NCBI GenBank assembly: GCA_045536565.1 | Contig: JAZSNU010000020.1 | Location: forward strand, 71,275 to 135,274 | Direction of reading: 5' to 3' | DNA: 64,000 bases | DNA from: Clostridia bacterium | GTDB lineage: Bacteria; Bacillota; Clostridia; TANB77; CAG-465 | In this document: positions 1 through 9,778 of the stretch, in pieces | Numbering within the stretch: the stretch's first letter is position 1 | Layout: each line of letters begins with the position of its first letter | Translations under genes and position numbers: made by a program | The notes under the pieces: model-generated | Told to the model about the DNA's origin: nothing | Databases searched by the model: none | Seen by the model: only the letters and a program-made list of their open reading frames with translations

Positions 1-458
1 CGCCTAATCTTTGCCCTTCTGCAATATCATTATCTATTGTAAGGAACTTTTGGAAAACAGCTTGTGCAATTCTTTCGCCTTTTTTTATGACTATATCTTC
101 GTTGCAGAAATTATAGACGCTAACTAAAATTTCTCCGTCATTTGTAAGATTGGAATAATAGTCGCATTCAAATACACCAACGCTATTGGCTAAAACCAAA
201 CCTCTTTTTGATGGCCCACTTGATCTGTTAAAAAGATACATAACTTCATCTGACTCAAAATATGCCTTTACTCCTGTCTTTATAAGTGTGGGTTTGTTAA
301 TTAATTCATTATTATCTTTTATCATAATAAACAAAGAAGGAACTAGCGTATCTTCTGCTGCTTCAATATCGTAACCAACTGCATGAGCAGTTTGTCTTTT
401 TGGTAAATTAATATTTTTATCTTCGTATCCTTTGCAAATTTCAAATCCTCTTGACATG
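1..458 (-). CDS. dut: dUTP diphosphatase (dUTPase), C-terminally truncated by window edge
   Basis: Reverse-strand translation from ATG at 458 gives MSRGFEICKGYEDKNINLPKRQTAHAVGYDIE...NRSSGPSKRGLVLANSVGVFECDYY...GERIAQAVF, matching dUTPase motifs (AGYD, RSG, GxxDxDYRG, ERIAQ). RBS GGAGGTAATAAACATG on the minus strand. Not listed in the ORF track because the ORF runs off the window. Confidence 0.8.
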
Positions 459-517
459 TTTATTACCTCCTAAAAACATAATAAAATAGCTCTGTTAAAG
501 AACTATTTTACTTTTAA

Positions 518-1399
518 TTATTTAATATTTCTAAGTGCGTTAATTCTATTTACGATACTTGGATGAGTAGACATCAAATTGTCTTTTTCTGCTTTTGTTT
601 TAAATGGGTTTGCTATAAATAGATGAGCAGTTGACTTATTAGCACTTCTTAGCGGAATAGGATCAGTAGAAATTTTAGTTAATGCATCTATAAGTCCGTC
701 TGGATTTCTAGTTATCTCTACAGCTGAGGCATCTGCTAGATACTCTCTTTTTCTTGATATAGCAAGTTGCATAAGAGTAGCAAAAATAGGTGATAGAATT
801 AAAAATACAATAGCTATCAATGATAAAATAGCACCGCTTTTGTTCTCATCATTGTTTCTTCTTCCTCGAAATGCCCATCTAGAAAAAAAGTCTGATAATA
901 TAACAACAAGTCCAACGAAAACAGATACAATTGTTGAAAGTAAAATATCATAATTTTTTATATGCGAAAGTTCATGTGCAATTACACCTTCTAGTTCGTA
1001 TTTGTCTAACTTTTCTATAATTCCAGTTGTTAAACATATAACTGCATTTTCTGGGTTTCTTCCAGTCGCAAAAGCATTAAGAGCATTGTCTTCAATAACA
1101 TATAATTTTGGTTTAGGAAGACCTGATGCTATACACAGGTTTTCTAGTATTGTATCTATAAGTAAATCTTGCTCTCTTGTTGCAGGTCTTGCGTTGTTTA
1201 ATGCAAGTACCATTTTATCACAGTTATAGTATGATATAACAGATGGGATAATAGAAAAAGCAAGAGCAAAAACAATTGAAAGTGGTCCCAAATCAAAGTA
1301 CATACATATTGCATATACACCTATCATTATTACTATTATAAAAATAGAAATAATAAAAAAAGACGATATTTTGTTTTTTCTTACTTCTTCTAAAATCAT
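518..1399 (-). CDS. htpX: HtpX-like M48 zinc metalloprotease (membrane)
   Basis: 293 aa with N-terminal TM helices and the HELSHIKNYD (HExxH) zinc motif. RBS AGGAGAATAATTTAT upstream of the ATG. Adjacent to lemA, a pairing commonly seen in bacterial genomes. Confidence 0.85.
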   Translation of the reverse strand: MILEEVRKNKISSFFIISIFIIVIMIGVYAICMYFDLGPLSIVFALAFSIIPSVISYYNCDKMVLALNNARPATREQDLLIDTILENLCIASGLPKPKLYVIEDNALNAFATGRNPENAVICLTTGIIEKLDKYELEGVIAHELSHIKNYDILLSTIVSVFVGLVVILSDFFSRWAFRGRRNNDENKSGAILSLIAIVFLILSPIFATLMQLAISRKREYLADASAVEITRNPDGLIDALTKISTDPIPLRSANKSTAHLFIANPFKTKAEKDNLMSTHPSIVNRINALRNIK

Positions 1400-1417
1400 A
1401 TAAATTATTCTCCTAAA

Positions 1418-1969
1418 TTAGAATTGAACTTTTACAGCTTCTCTTTGTGCTTCGTCAGTAACTGCGAAGAAAGGTTCTTCTTTAAAACCAAACATATTTG
1501 CTATAATGTTGTTTGGGAATACCGCTAATGATTCATTATATTTTTGAACTGTATCGTTATAGAATTGCCTTGCAAAAGCAATTTTATCTTCTGTTCCAGT
1601 AAGTTCTATTTGAAGAGCTTTGAAGTTTTCGTTTGCTTTTAAATCAGGATAACTTTCAGATAAAGCAAATATTGATTTTAAACAATTTGAAAGCTCATTA
1701 CTTGCAGCGGCTGTATCGTTTACTGAATTTGCTGCTGTATATTTGTTTCTAGCCTCAATAACTTTTTCAAGAGTTCCCTCTTCGTGTTTTGCATAACCTT
1801 TAACAGTTTCTACTAAATTTGGTATTAAATCAAATCTTCTCTTTAATTGAGTATCTATTTGAGCCCACGCATTTTTAACGCGTAATCTTAAAGATACTAA
1901 ATTGTTGTATACTCCTACTACAAAAAGTATAAGTAAAACGACTACACCTAAAATAATCCAACCTATCAT
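1418..1969 (-). CDS. lemA: LemA family membrane protein
   Basis: Single N-terminal TM, then NAWAQIDTQLKRRFDLIPNLVETVKGYAKHEE, the characteristic LemA core. Start moved to the second Met (MIGW...) because the upstream ATGAGGAGG is itself the RBS. Confidence 0.8.
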   Translation of the reverse strand: MIGWIILGVVVLLILFVVGVYNNLVSLRLRVKNAWAQIDTQLKRRFDLIPNLVETVKGYAKHEEGTLEKVIEARNKYTAANSVNDTAAASNELSNCLKSIFALSESYPDLKANENFKALQIELTGTEDKIAFARQFYNDTVQKYNESLAVFPNNIIANMFGFKEEPFFAVTDEAQREAVKVQF

Positions 1970-2132
1970 TTTAAACCTCCTCATTATTAATATAAATATA
2001 TTTTATCATTAAAATTTGATTAAAACAAGATATAAAGAGTAATATAATTAAATTTGATTGTTTAGACATATTATGCATAATTATTGGACAAATATAATAT
2101 AAATATAGTAGATATAAATTAAAAATATAAAT

Positions 2133-2161
2133 TTGACAAAGAAAAACTAGTATAGTATAAT
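2133..2161 (+). promoter_or_regulatory. sigma-A type promoter (TTGACA-17-TATAAT) for the yabE-like gene
   Basis: TTGACA at 2133-2138 and TATAAT at 2156-2161 with 17-nt spacing, about 40 nt upstream of the GTG start. Confidence 0.4.
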
Positions 2162-2197
2162 ATAAGTATCACGGTATAACTGTAAGGAGGAATATTA

Positions 2198-3280
2198 GTG
2201 AACGAAGATAAGATATACATGCTAAGAAAAATATTTGTAATGCTCACATGTATATTAGTATTTGTTACATTAGGGCTTGTAGTGATTAAGTTTCAAACAA
2301 AAGATGTAACAATAGATTATTATGGAAAAGTAGAACATATTAAAACAATGTCTAATACAGTTGAAGGACTTTTAATGCAAAACAAAATACACATTGATGA
2401 AAAAGCAGTTGTAACACCAGGAATTGAAAATAGACTAGAAAACGATATGGTTATAAAAATATATTCAGAAGAAGATGAAGTTGCATATTTAGATATGGAT
2501 ACATATTATGAAATGGCAAAAAGTAATATAGTAGAAAAAGTAGTTGAAGAAATCCATTATATAGAATATGCAAAAGAAGAGAAAAGCAATGCATCGATGG
2601 TAAGAGGAGCAAGCAAAGTTATTCAAGCAGGCGAGCAAGGTGAAAAAACCGCTACATATGTAATAAAATATGATAATGAACAAGAGGTAGCAAGAAAATT
2701 AGTTAACGAAGAAATATCAAAAGAACCAGTTTCTGAGATTATCGATGTTGGTACAGCAATTCCAACTGTATCTAGGGGAGATATGTCAAGAGTAAACCCT
2801 AATGACTTAGTAGCAGATGCAGGTTTTAGACAATATAATATCAATTTAAGTACAGAATTACAAATATATGCATATAACATGGCAAAAAAATATGGAGTGC
2901 CGTATGAATTATTTTTAGCCATGATGTATGTAGAGAGTGGTTTCCAATCTCATAAAATTAGTTCAACAAATGACTATGGTATGTGTCAAATAAACATTAG
3001 TAACCACGCATATTTAACAAGACAATTAGGAGTAACAAACTTCTTAGATCCATATCAAAATATACAAGCAGGTGCGTTCTTCTTAGCAAGATATTTTAAC
3101 TCTTGGAGAGGTTCATCACCAGACCAAGGAACATTAGAATTACATGCATTAAACTCATATAACAGAGGAGAAGGAAGCTATAGAAAATATTTAGCTAATG
3201 GTAATTCTGCAACATCTTGGTACTATGGTAATAAAGTAGTAGATGCAAGAAACAGATTAGTTGCAAATGGTGGATTATAA
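2198..3280 (+). CDS. YabE-like secreted protein: N-terminal TM, DUF348-like and G5 domains, C-terminal SLT lytic-transglycosylase domain
   Basis: GTG start 7 nt after AGGAGG. G5-like segment (VRGASKVIQAGEQGEKTATYVIKYDNEQE). C-terminal ESGFQ...YGMCQIN family-1 SLT motif. Sits upstream of rsmA, as yabE does in Bacillus. Confidence 0.7.
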   Translation: MNEDKIYMLRKIFVMLTCILVFVTLGLVVIKFQTKDVTIDYYGKVEHIKTMSNTVEGLLMQNKIHIDEKAVVTPGIENRLENDMVIKIYSEEDEVAYLDMDTYYEMAKSNIVEKVVEEIHYIEYAKEEKSNASMVRGASKVIQAGEQGEKTATYVIKYDNEQEVARKLVNEEISKEPVSEIIDVGTAIPTVSRGDMSRVNPNDLVADAGFRQYNINLSTELQIYAYNMAKKYGVPYELFLAMMYVESGFQSHKISSTNDYGMCQINISNHAYLTRQLGVTNFLDPYQNIQAGAFFLARYFNSWRGSSPDQGTLELHALNSYNRGEGSYRKYLANGNSATSWYYGNKVVDARNRLVANGGL

Positions 3281-3340
3281 TAAAATGTATATAGAGGCAT
3301 TATGATTAATCATAATGCTTTTTGTTTAGGAGTAAAAAAT

Positions 3341-4201
3341 ATGAATTTAAAAGAGAAAACTTTTAGAATGTTAAATTATTATGGATTAAAAGCAAAAAAG
3401 AGATTTGGCCAAAATTTTTTAATTGACGAAAGTATAGTAGATAACATAGTGGAAAAATCTAATATATCAAGTGAAGATGTTGTAATTGAAATAGGACCCG
3501 GTCTAGGTAATTTAACTGAAAAATTAATTGATAGAGCAAAGTTGGTACTTGCTTTTGAGATAGATGAAGATATGATTAGGGTTTTAAATGATAGGTTTAA
3601 GGATAAAACAAACTTAGTGGTTATAAGCAAAGATATACTTCAAGTAGATTTAGAACAAATACTAATAGAAAATGGAGTAGGCGAAAACAGTGTAAGAGTA
3701 GTTGCTAACCTACCATATTATATAACAACACCTATTATGTTCAAATTGTTTAAATATACTAAATATATAAAAACAATGACTATTATGGTGCAGAAAGAAG
3801 TTGCCGAAAGAATAGTAGCAATACCAGGTTCAAAAGACTATGGCGTGCTAAGTATTAATACGAGATATTACGGAACATCAAAAAAATTATTTGATGTACC
3901 AAATATTTCATTTACACCAGCACCTAATGTTACATCGGCAGTTGTAAAAATAGATATTAATATTATACAAGGAGTACAAAATGAGGACATGTTTTTTAAA
4001 TTAGTAAAAGCCTCATTTGCACAAAGAAGGAAAAAAATTATAAATTCAATTGAAAATAGCAACATGATAGATATAAGTAAAGATAAATTAAGAAGTATAT
4101 TAGAAAAAAACAACATATCTGATAACACAAGGGCAGAAGAAATTAATATAGAAAAATATATTACAATTTCTAATGATATATATAATGAAATAAAAAAATA
4201 A
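3341..4201 (+). CDS. rsmA: 16S rRNA (adenine1518/1519-N6)-dimethyltransferase
   Basis: RFGQNFLID N-terminal motif, SAM-binding EIGPGLGNLT, NLPYYITTPI. Start set at the internal ATG preceded by GGAG. Confidence 0.9.
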   Translation: MNLKEKTFRMLNYYGLKAKKRFGQNFLIDESIVDNIVEKSNISSEDVVIEIGPGLGNLTEKLIDRAKLVLAFEIDEDMIRVLNDRFKDKTNLVVISKDILQVDLEQILIENGVGENSVRVVANLPYYITTPIMFKLFKYTKYIKTMTIMVQKEVAERIVAIPGSKDYGVLSINTRYYGTSKKLFDVPNISFTPAPNVTSAVVKIDINIIQGVQNEDMFFKLVKASFAQRRKKIINSIENSNMIDISKDKLRSILEKNNISDNTRAEEINIEKYITISNDIYNEIKK

Positions 4202-4207
4202 GAGGAG

Positions 4208-5269
4208 TTAATTTCCTCTTATTTTTGATATTGCTGCTAAATGTTCATTATATGTTTTGCTAAACACATGATTTCCATCATTTCCTAAAACAAAGAATAG
4301 GTAATCCGTATCAGCAGGGTATAATGCTGCTCTTATCGATTCTAATCCAGGTGAAGCAATTGGGTTAGGTGGTAATCCTGGGTTTTTATATGTATTATAT
4401 GGGCTATCTATATTTGTATCAGCATTTGTTAAGACTGGTTTCCTTTCTTTTAGCACATATTGTACTGTTGCACAAGACTCCAAATATGGATAAGTTTTAC
4501 TATTTAATCTGTTGTAAAATACAGAGGCTACAATATCTCTTTCGGTATCATTTGCTGCTTCTCTTTCTATAATAGATGCAAGAGTTATTAGTTCGTGAAC
4601 AGACATTTTAAGTTCGTTAGTTCTTGTTTTCATTTCCTCTGTAAATTCAGATTCGAATTTGTTTAACATTTCTTTTAATACCTCTTCCTCAGAAGAATCC
4701 TTTGATACAGTATATGTTGCAGGGAATAGATATCCCTCTAAATATACATCTGATTTTTGAATTCCTTGTAAAAACCAATAATCAAAATCTGAATTTAAAA
4801 TAGTGTTTTTAAAGCCTTCATGTGAACCTATACCCTTTTCAACACATAAATCAATAATTTGTCTTAGTTCATATCCTTCTGGTATAGTAACTTTAACAGA
4901 ATTTTTCTTTCCGCCAACTTTTTGGAGTTCGACACTTAGTTCTTCATAAGACATGTTTTTATTTAAATAAAATACACCGTATTTATATTTATTGCTGTTT
5001 CCTTCTGCAATAGCAAATTCAATAAATTTATCAGGATATTTAATTATATTTTTTTTGTATAGAATATTTGCTATTTCAGATAAATAAGCGCCTTCTGGTA
5101 TTTCTATCTCAATTTCTTTTGCGTTTTCGATTTTGTTTGTTTTGTAATGGTCCTCTTTTATATCATTATTTTTCCATATTAAAAAACTTACCCCTGAAAT
5201 TATTAAAATAGTCATAATTGATATGATTATGACATAAACAGTTTTAAATTCCTTTCCTAATATTTTCAT
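4208..5269 (-). CDS. mltG: endolytic murein transglycosylase MltG (YceG-like)
   Basis: N-terminal TM followed by a YceG-like domain (KVTIPEGYELRQI, ASIIEREA). Start at the internal Met preceded by AAGGAGTGG. Confidence 0.8.
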   Translation of the reverse strand: MKILGKEFKTVYVIIISIMTILIISGVSFLIWKNNDIKEDHYKTNKIENAKEIEIEIPEGAYLSEIANILYKKNIIKYPDKFIEFAIAEGNSNKYKYGVFYLNKNMSYEELSVELQKVGGKKNSVKVTIPEGYELRQIIDLCVEKGIGSHEGFKNTILNSDFDYWFLQGIQKSDVYLEGYLFPATYTVSKDSSEEEVLKEMLNKFESEFTEEMKTRTNELKMSVHELITLASIIEREAANDTERDIVASVFYNRLNSKTYPYLESCATVQYVLKERKPVLTNADTNIDSPYNTYKNPGLPPNPIASPGLESIRAALYPADTDYLFFVLGNDGNHVFSKTYNEHLAAISKIRGN

Positions 5270-5394
5270 ATTCCACTCCTTTATATTTATAATATAAAAT
5301 ATTATCACACAAAGCAGTAAAAAACAATAGAATATATAATATATAGGGAAAATAAAAAAATACTATACATTTTTTGTTTTTTTATCAAAAATGC

Positions 5395-5423
5395 TTGACA
5401 TATTACTAAAAATATTGTAAACT
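5395..5423 (+). promoter_or_regulatory. promoter of the tRNA Lys-Glu-Thr operon (TTGACA-17-TGnTAAACT)
   Basis: TTGACA at 5395-5400 and an extended -10 TGTAAACT at 5416-5423, 20 nt upstream of tRNA-Lys. Confidence 0.4.
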
Positions 5424-5443
5424 AATATGGCGATATGTTTTGA

Positions 5444-5519
5444 GGGCTATTAGCTCAGTTGGCAGAGCACTTGACTTTTAATCAAGTTGTCCCGCGTTCG
5501 AATCGCGGATAGCTCACCA
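5444..5519 (+). tRNA. tRNA-Lys (anticodon TTT)
   Basis: Cloverleaf folded by eye: acceptor GGGCTAT/ATAGCTC, anticodon stem CTTGA/TCAAG with loop CTTTTAA, T-arm GTTCGAATC, 3' CCA encoded. Confidence 0.9.
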
Positions 5520-5523
5520 TGAT

Positions 5524-5598
5524 GGCCCGTTGGTCAATCGGTTAAGACATCGCCCTTTCACGGCGGAGTGAGGAGTTCGACTCTCCTACGGGTCACCA
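5524..5598 (+). tRNA. tRNA-Glu (anticodon TTC)
   Basis: GGCCCGTTGGTCAA...CGCCCTTTCACGGCG...GGTCACCA. Near-identical in layout to Bacillus tRNA-Glu. CCA encoded. Confidence 0.9.
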
Positions 5599-5604
5599 TA
5601 TCGT

Positions 5605-5680
5605 GCTGGAGTAGCTCAGCTGGTAGAGCAGCTGACTTGTAATCAGCAGGTCGTCAGTTCAATTCTGACCTTCAGCTCCA
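5605..5680 (+). tRNA. tRNA-Thr (anticodon TGT)
   Basis: GCTGGAGTAGCTCAGCTGGTAGAGC, anticodon stem-loop GCTGA-CTTGTAA-TCAGC, T-arm GTTCAATTC, CCA encoded. Confidence 0.9.
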
Positions 5681-5687
5681 AAATTAA

Positions 5688-5717
5688 TCCTTGCAAGGAA
5701 ACTTGCAGGGATTTTTT
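5688..5717 (+). terminator. rho-independent terminator after the tRNA cluster
   Basis: Hairpin TCCTTGCAAG-GAAA-CTTGCAGGGA followed by TTTTTT. Confidence 0.6.
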
Positions 5718-5817
5718 GTGTTTAAGGTTGATTATTATGTTAAAATGTGGTATATATAAGTATAAATCAATTAGATATTTAAACTTAATATTAATATATT
5801 AAAGGAGGCGTGATGAC

Positions 5818-6150
5818 ATGGTTAGCTTGAATATAATAGGTACTAATGTAAAAGATGGAACAGCTCTGTATTATGCAAGTATAAGCTATGAGTATACAGT
5901 TGGAGAATTTATAAAAAGTGTACTAAATGAAAGAAAGGGTGAATGGGGAGAAATAGCTGTAAAAATAAATAAAGGAAAAAAAGACTTTGTAGATATATTA
6001 CTAGATAATACAGATGTAAATTCCTGTGATTATGCGTATGGAAAACTAAAATCTAAACTTAAAAAGGAAATATGCAAAAAAAACATAGTTTCCATATGGG
6101 CATATGGGGGATATTCGTGTATGGACTATATTATTATAGTTGATAATTAG
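5818..6150 (+). CDS. hypothetical protein (110 aa)
   Basis: Strong RBS AAAGGAGG 8 nt upstream of the ATG. No recognisable motif. Confidence 0.5.
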   Translation: MVSLNIIGTNVKDGTALYYASISYEYTVGEFIKSVLNERKGEWGEIAVKINKGKKDFVDILLDNTDVNSCDYAYGKLKSKLKKEICKKNIVSIWAYGGYSCMDYIIIVDN

Positions 6151-6210
6151 GACTTAGACTAAGGTTACTAAAAAACAGGTAGTTAAATTACTACCTGTTT
6201 TACATATATT

Positions 6211-7428
6211 CTATTGATTAGTTTGTACTTGTGGTCTATCTGCAATATCCATTTTAAGTCCTGATTCAAGTGGTGCTACTACTGTATAAGGAATAGATAT
6301 ATTAAATGTTTCAAAATTACTTAAATCAACACCAACTAAAGAAGTTGTATTTTTATACATAAATGTTGTATTAATAACATTTGGATCTTTTTCATTTAAA
6401 TAATCTGTAATAATATTACTAAATTCTACATCAAGTTTTTCAGCAGTATCCATATTGTACATATTCCATAAACCTGTTTTAGTATCTTGAATTAATAAAA
6501 AGTCAGCATTTGCACCGTTAAGCGTAACTAGGGTAGTTGGATATGTAAATATTTTATCTATTATTACATCACCATTTAAATTATATATTTTGTTACCAGT
6601 AGTTCCTCTTTTTTGAATTACATAGCCTTCATCGTTATATTCAAATTCAAAACCTTCTTCTGTTTCAATTGAAGTACCGTTATCAAGTATTATATAGTTT
6701 AAATCATCTTTTACAGCCATACATGCTTTATTTGAATCTTTGATTTGTTCTATTTTATCAAATGTTGCTTCAATAATTTGCATGTTATCTTCGTCTACAA
6801 TACCGTATTTTGTACTTCCAGAATTACTAGATTTTATTATATATTGACTTTTTCCCTCTTTTGTAGGATAAGTTAACGCTTGCAATACATCTGCTTTATT
6901 TAAACTAGTATCAGAAACATCTTTTGCAACGAATTTATCAGGTGGTGTAATTTCTAAAAAAGAATAAACAGCATTTATAGAGGCAAAGTCTTTTTCAGTT
7001 GCTTTTTTACCAGTTGCATCTACTAATCTATATATTGCATCGCTTTCAGATGCACCGTATTGCAATATGTATTTATCTAGAAAACCATCAGCACTCTTAA
7101 TGTATATAAAATCATTTTCAACACCGTCTAATGTAATTGTTTCACCTGTTAAAAGATTATATAAATAACTTATATTTTCTGCTTTCAAATATAATATGTT
7201 GTTTACTCTTGCAACCTTTGTAAACTGTGGATTTGCTATTGTTTTTCCATTTGCGCTCATTACACCAAAAGCATTATTAGCTTCAATAATGTAAAGTCTT
7301 TCTATTGAATCACTATTACTAGTATTAGTTGGCTTTAAATCTTTAATTGCTATTATTATTCCCAACCCTATTAAAGTAATTGCCACCATTATTAATATAA
7401 TGGCGATAATTGTGTTCTTATTAACCAT
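6211..7428 (-). CDS. hypothetical membrane-anchored protein, repeated beta-rich (WG-repeat-like) modules
   Basis: RBS GAGGGAG. N-terminal TM (IIAIILIMVAITLIGLGIIIAI) then repetitive segments rich in Y/N/G/D. Confidence 0.55.
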   Translation of the reverse strand: MVNKNTIIAIILIMVAITLIGLGIIIAIKDLKPTNTSNSDSIERLYIIEANNAFGVMSANGKTIANPQFTKVARVNNILYLKAENISYLYNLLTGETITLDGVENDFIYIKSADGFLDKYILQYGASESDAIYRLVDATGKKATEKDFASINAVYSFLEITPPDKFVAKDVSDTSLNKADVLQALTYPTKEGKSQYIIKSSNSGSTKYGIVDEDNMQIIEATFDKIEQIKDSNKACMAVKDDLNYIILDNGTSIETEEGFEFEYNDEGYVIQKRGTTGNKIYNLNGDVIIDKIFTYPTTLVTLNGANADFLLIQDTKTGLWNMYNMDTAEKLDVEFSNIITDYLNEKDPNVINTTFMYKNTTSLVGVDLSNFETFNISIPYTVVAPLESGLKMDIADRPQVQTNQ

Positions 7429-7629
7429 ATGTATATCTCCCTCTTTAACATAAATATATATTATATGGTATAATATTACTTAAAATTTGTCAATAATAAT
7501 TAATTAAGGTTAACAAAATTGTAATGTAAATTAAGGTGTGACATAAATACAAAAGATAAATTTGCCGTCTACTTTTGTAATATATTGTAGAAAGTATGGA
7601 CATCTCTTTTATTTGGTTGTATATTTTGC

Positions 7630-9456
7630 TTGGGTGATAGTTTGATATATTTTTTTCTGATAAGTTTTTTTGTTTTTTCTATCGTTGATTATATTTATCT
7701 GTATAATTATTTTGATTCTAAGTTTTTCTTGAATAAATCTGGTAGCAAATTAAATTATTTAGTAGACTTAGAAAACAACAAAAAGAATTTTAAAGATGAG
7801 TTTATAGCAGTTTTTTCAAAAAAGAATTTAGTTATTATTATAAAAGGTTTAATCTATATGATATTAATGCATATATTAAATATTATTGTATTCTATAAAA
7901 TCATTTTTTCGGACTTCTTAATTCTTAATTTAGGATATAAAAAGATAGATGTTGTTTCTACATTTGATTCATATTGGACAGGTTATATAAAAATATATTA
8001 TATAGTTTATACTATATTCTTAATTATTATATATGTTAAATATATAACTAAATCAAAGAACAAAATTCGTTCAAAAAACAAAAAAGAAGATTTAATAATT
8101 AACGATATTAGCAAAATATATTTAGGAAGTACTATTCAAAAAAGCAAGGTATATATTGATAAAGAAGAACTATATAAAAATGTATTAATTACAGGTAGTA
8201 TTGGTACAGGTAAGACGAGTGGCGCTATAAATACATTTTGCAAGTATATGGTGCAAAATAATATTCCTGGGATTGTTATAGATATAAAAGGAAACTATGT
8301 AAGTAAAGTTAAATCATTTTTAAATAATAATAATGTAGAAATAGTTGTTGTAGGTGACGAAAGTACATGTGGTTATAATCCTATAAGAAGAGATATTAAC
8401 AGCATGGAAATGGCAAATAGATTAAGAAAAGTAATTGAACTAATCTCTATTTCTAACACTAGTGATTCATATTGGTTAGATAAGGTGGAAAATGTACTTT
8501 TTAATGTGCTTTTGCTTATAAAGCATTGTCATTTAAATATAGATTTGCAAGAAATACACAGGTGCATAACTGATGATGAATATCTAAATAGAAATTTAGA
8601 TAAATTAAAAGACATTGTAGTGGATAATATCAATAATGATAAGACAGTACATGAAATAAATAATTTACTACTGTTTTTTAGAAATGAATATTTTAAGTTA
8701 GACATCAGAACAACTAGCATTATAAAATCGGAAATAACAAGACTTACTATACCATTTGTAACTGAATATGATGTGTGTAAAAAGTATGGAACTGAAAGTA
8801 AAGATAATACTAATTTAACATTCAGTAATATAACTCCTAAAATAGTGATTTTTTCTATGAATATGAGTAAAAATTTCTTACTTACTAAAATACTAGCAAC
8901 TTTTATCAAATTAGATTTTCAATCAGAAGTCCTTCAAAAAATATCAAATCCAATAGAAACATTTTGTATATGTGATGAGTATCAAGAATTTGCAAATAAG
9001 CAGGATGCACATTTTCTTTCTTTATCTAGGGAGGCCAAATGTATGAACATATTTAGTATGCAAAGTTATTCTTCACTAAATAATACATTAAAAAATGAAT
9101 ATGCATCAAATGTAATAATACAAAATCTAGTAAATAAGATATGGTTTAGAAATGATGATAATTATACATCACAAGAAATAGTAAAACAAATTGGACAAGA
9201 GAAAAAACAATTTAAAACAAGTAGTATAAGTGAAGGTGCTGAGGAATCAAAGAAAAGCATATTAAGCGGATTTAAGAACAAAAAATCAAATATATCAAAG
9301 ACTATCAGCTATGCAGAAAATAATGACAATATAGTTAGTTCAAAAGTTATAACACAAGAGCTTGAAGTGCTAGAGGCATTAGTGCTGTTTGGCAGTAATG
9401 GTAAAATGAATGAAATTCAAAGAATAAAGTTTGAAAGGGAGGAAGATAATGAATAA
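7630..9456 (+). CDS. VirD4/TraG-like (type IV coupling protein-like) membrane P-loop ATPase
   Basis: About 150 aa of N-terminal TM helices; Walker A ITGSIGTGKTSG; Walker B-like FCICDEYQEF; downstream Q-rich motif IFSMQSYSSLNN resembling the T4CP conserved QSxxQ motif. Exact start uncertain (TTG at 7630 is simply the first in-frame start in the track). Confidence 0.55.
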   Translation: MGDSLIYFFLISFFVFSIVDYIYLYNYFDSKFFLNKSGSKLNYLVDLENNKKNFKDEFIAVFSKKNLVIIIKGLIYMILMHILNIIVFYKIIFSDFLILNLGYKKIDVVSTFDSYWTGYIKIYYIVYTIFLIIIYVKYITKSKNKIRSKNKKEDLIINDISKIYLGSTIQKSKVYIDKEELYKNVLITGSIGTGKTSGAINTFCKYMVQNNIPGIVIDIKGNYVSKVKSFLNNNNVEIVVVGDESTCGYNPIRRDINSMEMANRLRKVIELISISNTSDSYWLDKVENVLFNVLLLIKHCHLNIDLQEIHRCITDDEYLNRNLDKLKDIVVDNINNDKTVHEINNLLLFFRNEYFKLDIRTTSIIKSEITRLTIPFVTEYDVCKKYGTESKDNTNLTFSNITPKIVIFSMNMSKNFLLTKILATFIKLDFQSEVLQKISNPIETFCICDEYQEFANKQDAHFLSLSREAKCMNIFSMQSYSSLNNTLKNEYASNVIIQNLVNKIWFRNDDNYTSQEIVKQIGQEKKQFKTSSISEGAEESKKSILSGFKNKKSNISKTISYAENNDNIVSSKVITQELEVLEALVLFGSNGKMNEIQRIKFEREEDNE

Positions 9457-9775
9457 AATATTAATCAAAATAACGGCCGTGTTGGTTATTACAGTGATTG
9501 TAATAGGTATGTTTTCAACAGTATATGGTGCAACAACACCAACACTAGTTAATAAACTAAATTCTATTTTAAAGAAAATAAAAGAATATATGGTAAAACT
9601 TGCAGGACCTGCTGCTGCTCTTGCAATTGCAACAGGGGTTATGATTAGAAAATTAAGTTTTGGTGATGAAGAAAAAATGGTGATAGGGAAAAGGGTTATC
9701 ATTAACGCTATATTTTGTTATTTCATAATTTTGCTTGTAGATTTAATTGTTAAATTTATAGAGGCTTTGGTATAG
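9449..9775 (+). CDS. small membrane protein with VirB2/TrbC pilin-like topology
   Basis: ATG 6 nt after AGGGAGG, overlapping the upstream stop (ATGAATAA). Signal-peptide-like N-terminus (VYGA/TT) then two hydrophobic helices (AGPAAALAIATGVMI, VIINAIFCYFIILLVDLIV). Confidence 0.4.
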   Translation: MNKILIKITAVLVITVIVIGMFSTVYGATTPTLVNKLNSILKKIKEYMVKLAGPAAALAIATGVMIRKLSFGDEEKMVIGKRVIINAIFCYFIILLVDLIVKFIEALV

Positions 9776-9778
9776 AGT

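Noticed and set aside
186-374. 62-aa plus-strand ORF
   Set aside because: Lies entirely antisense within the dut coding sequence, which has clear dUTPase motifs. No RBS.
1002-1229. 75-aa plus-strand ORF
   Set aside because: Antisense inside htpX (HExxH-containing). Artefact of AT-rich sequence.
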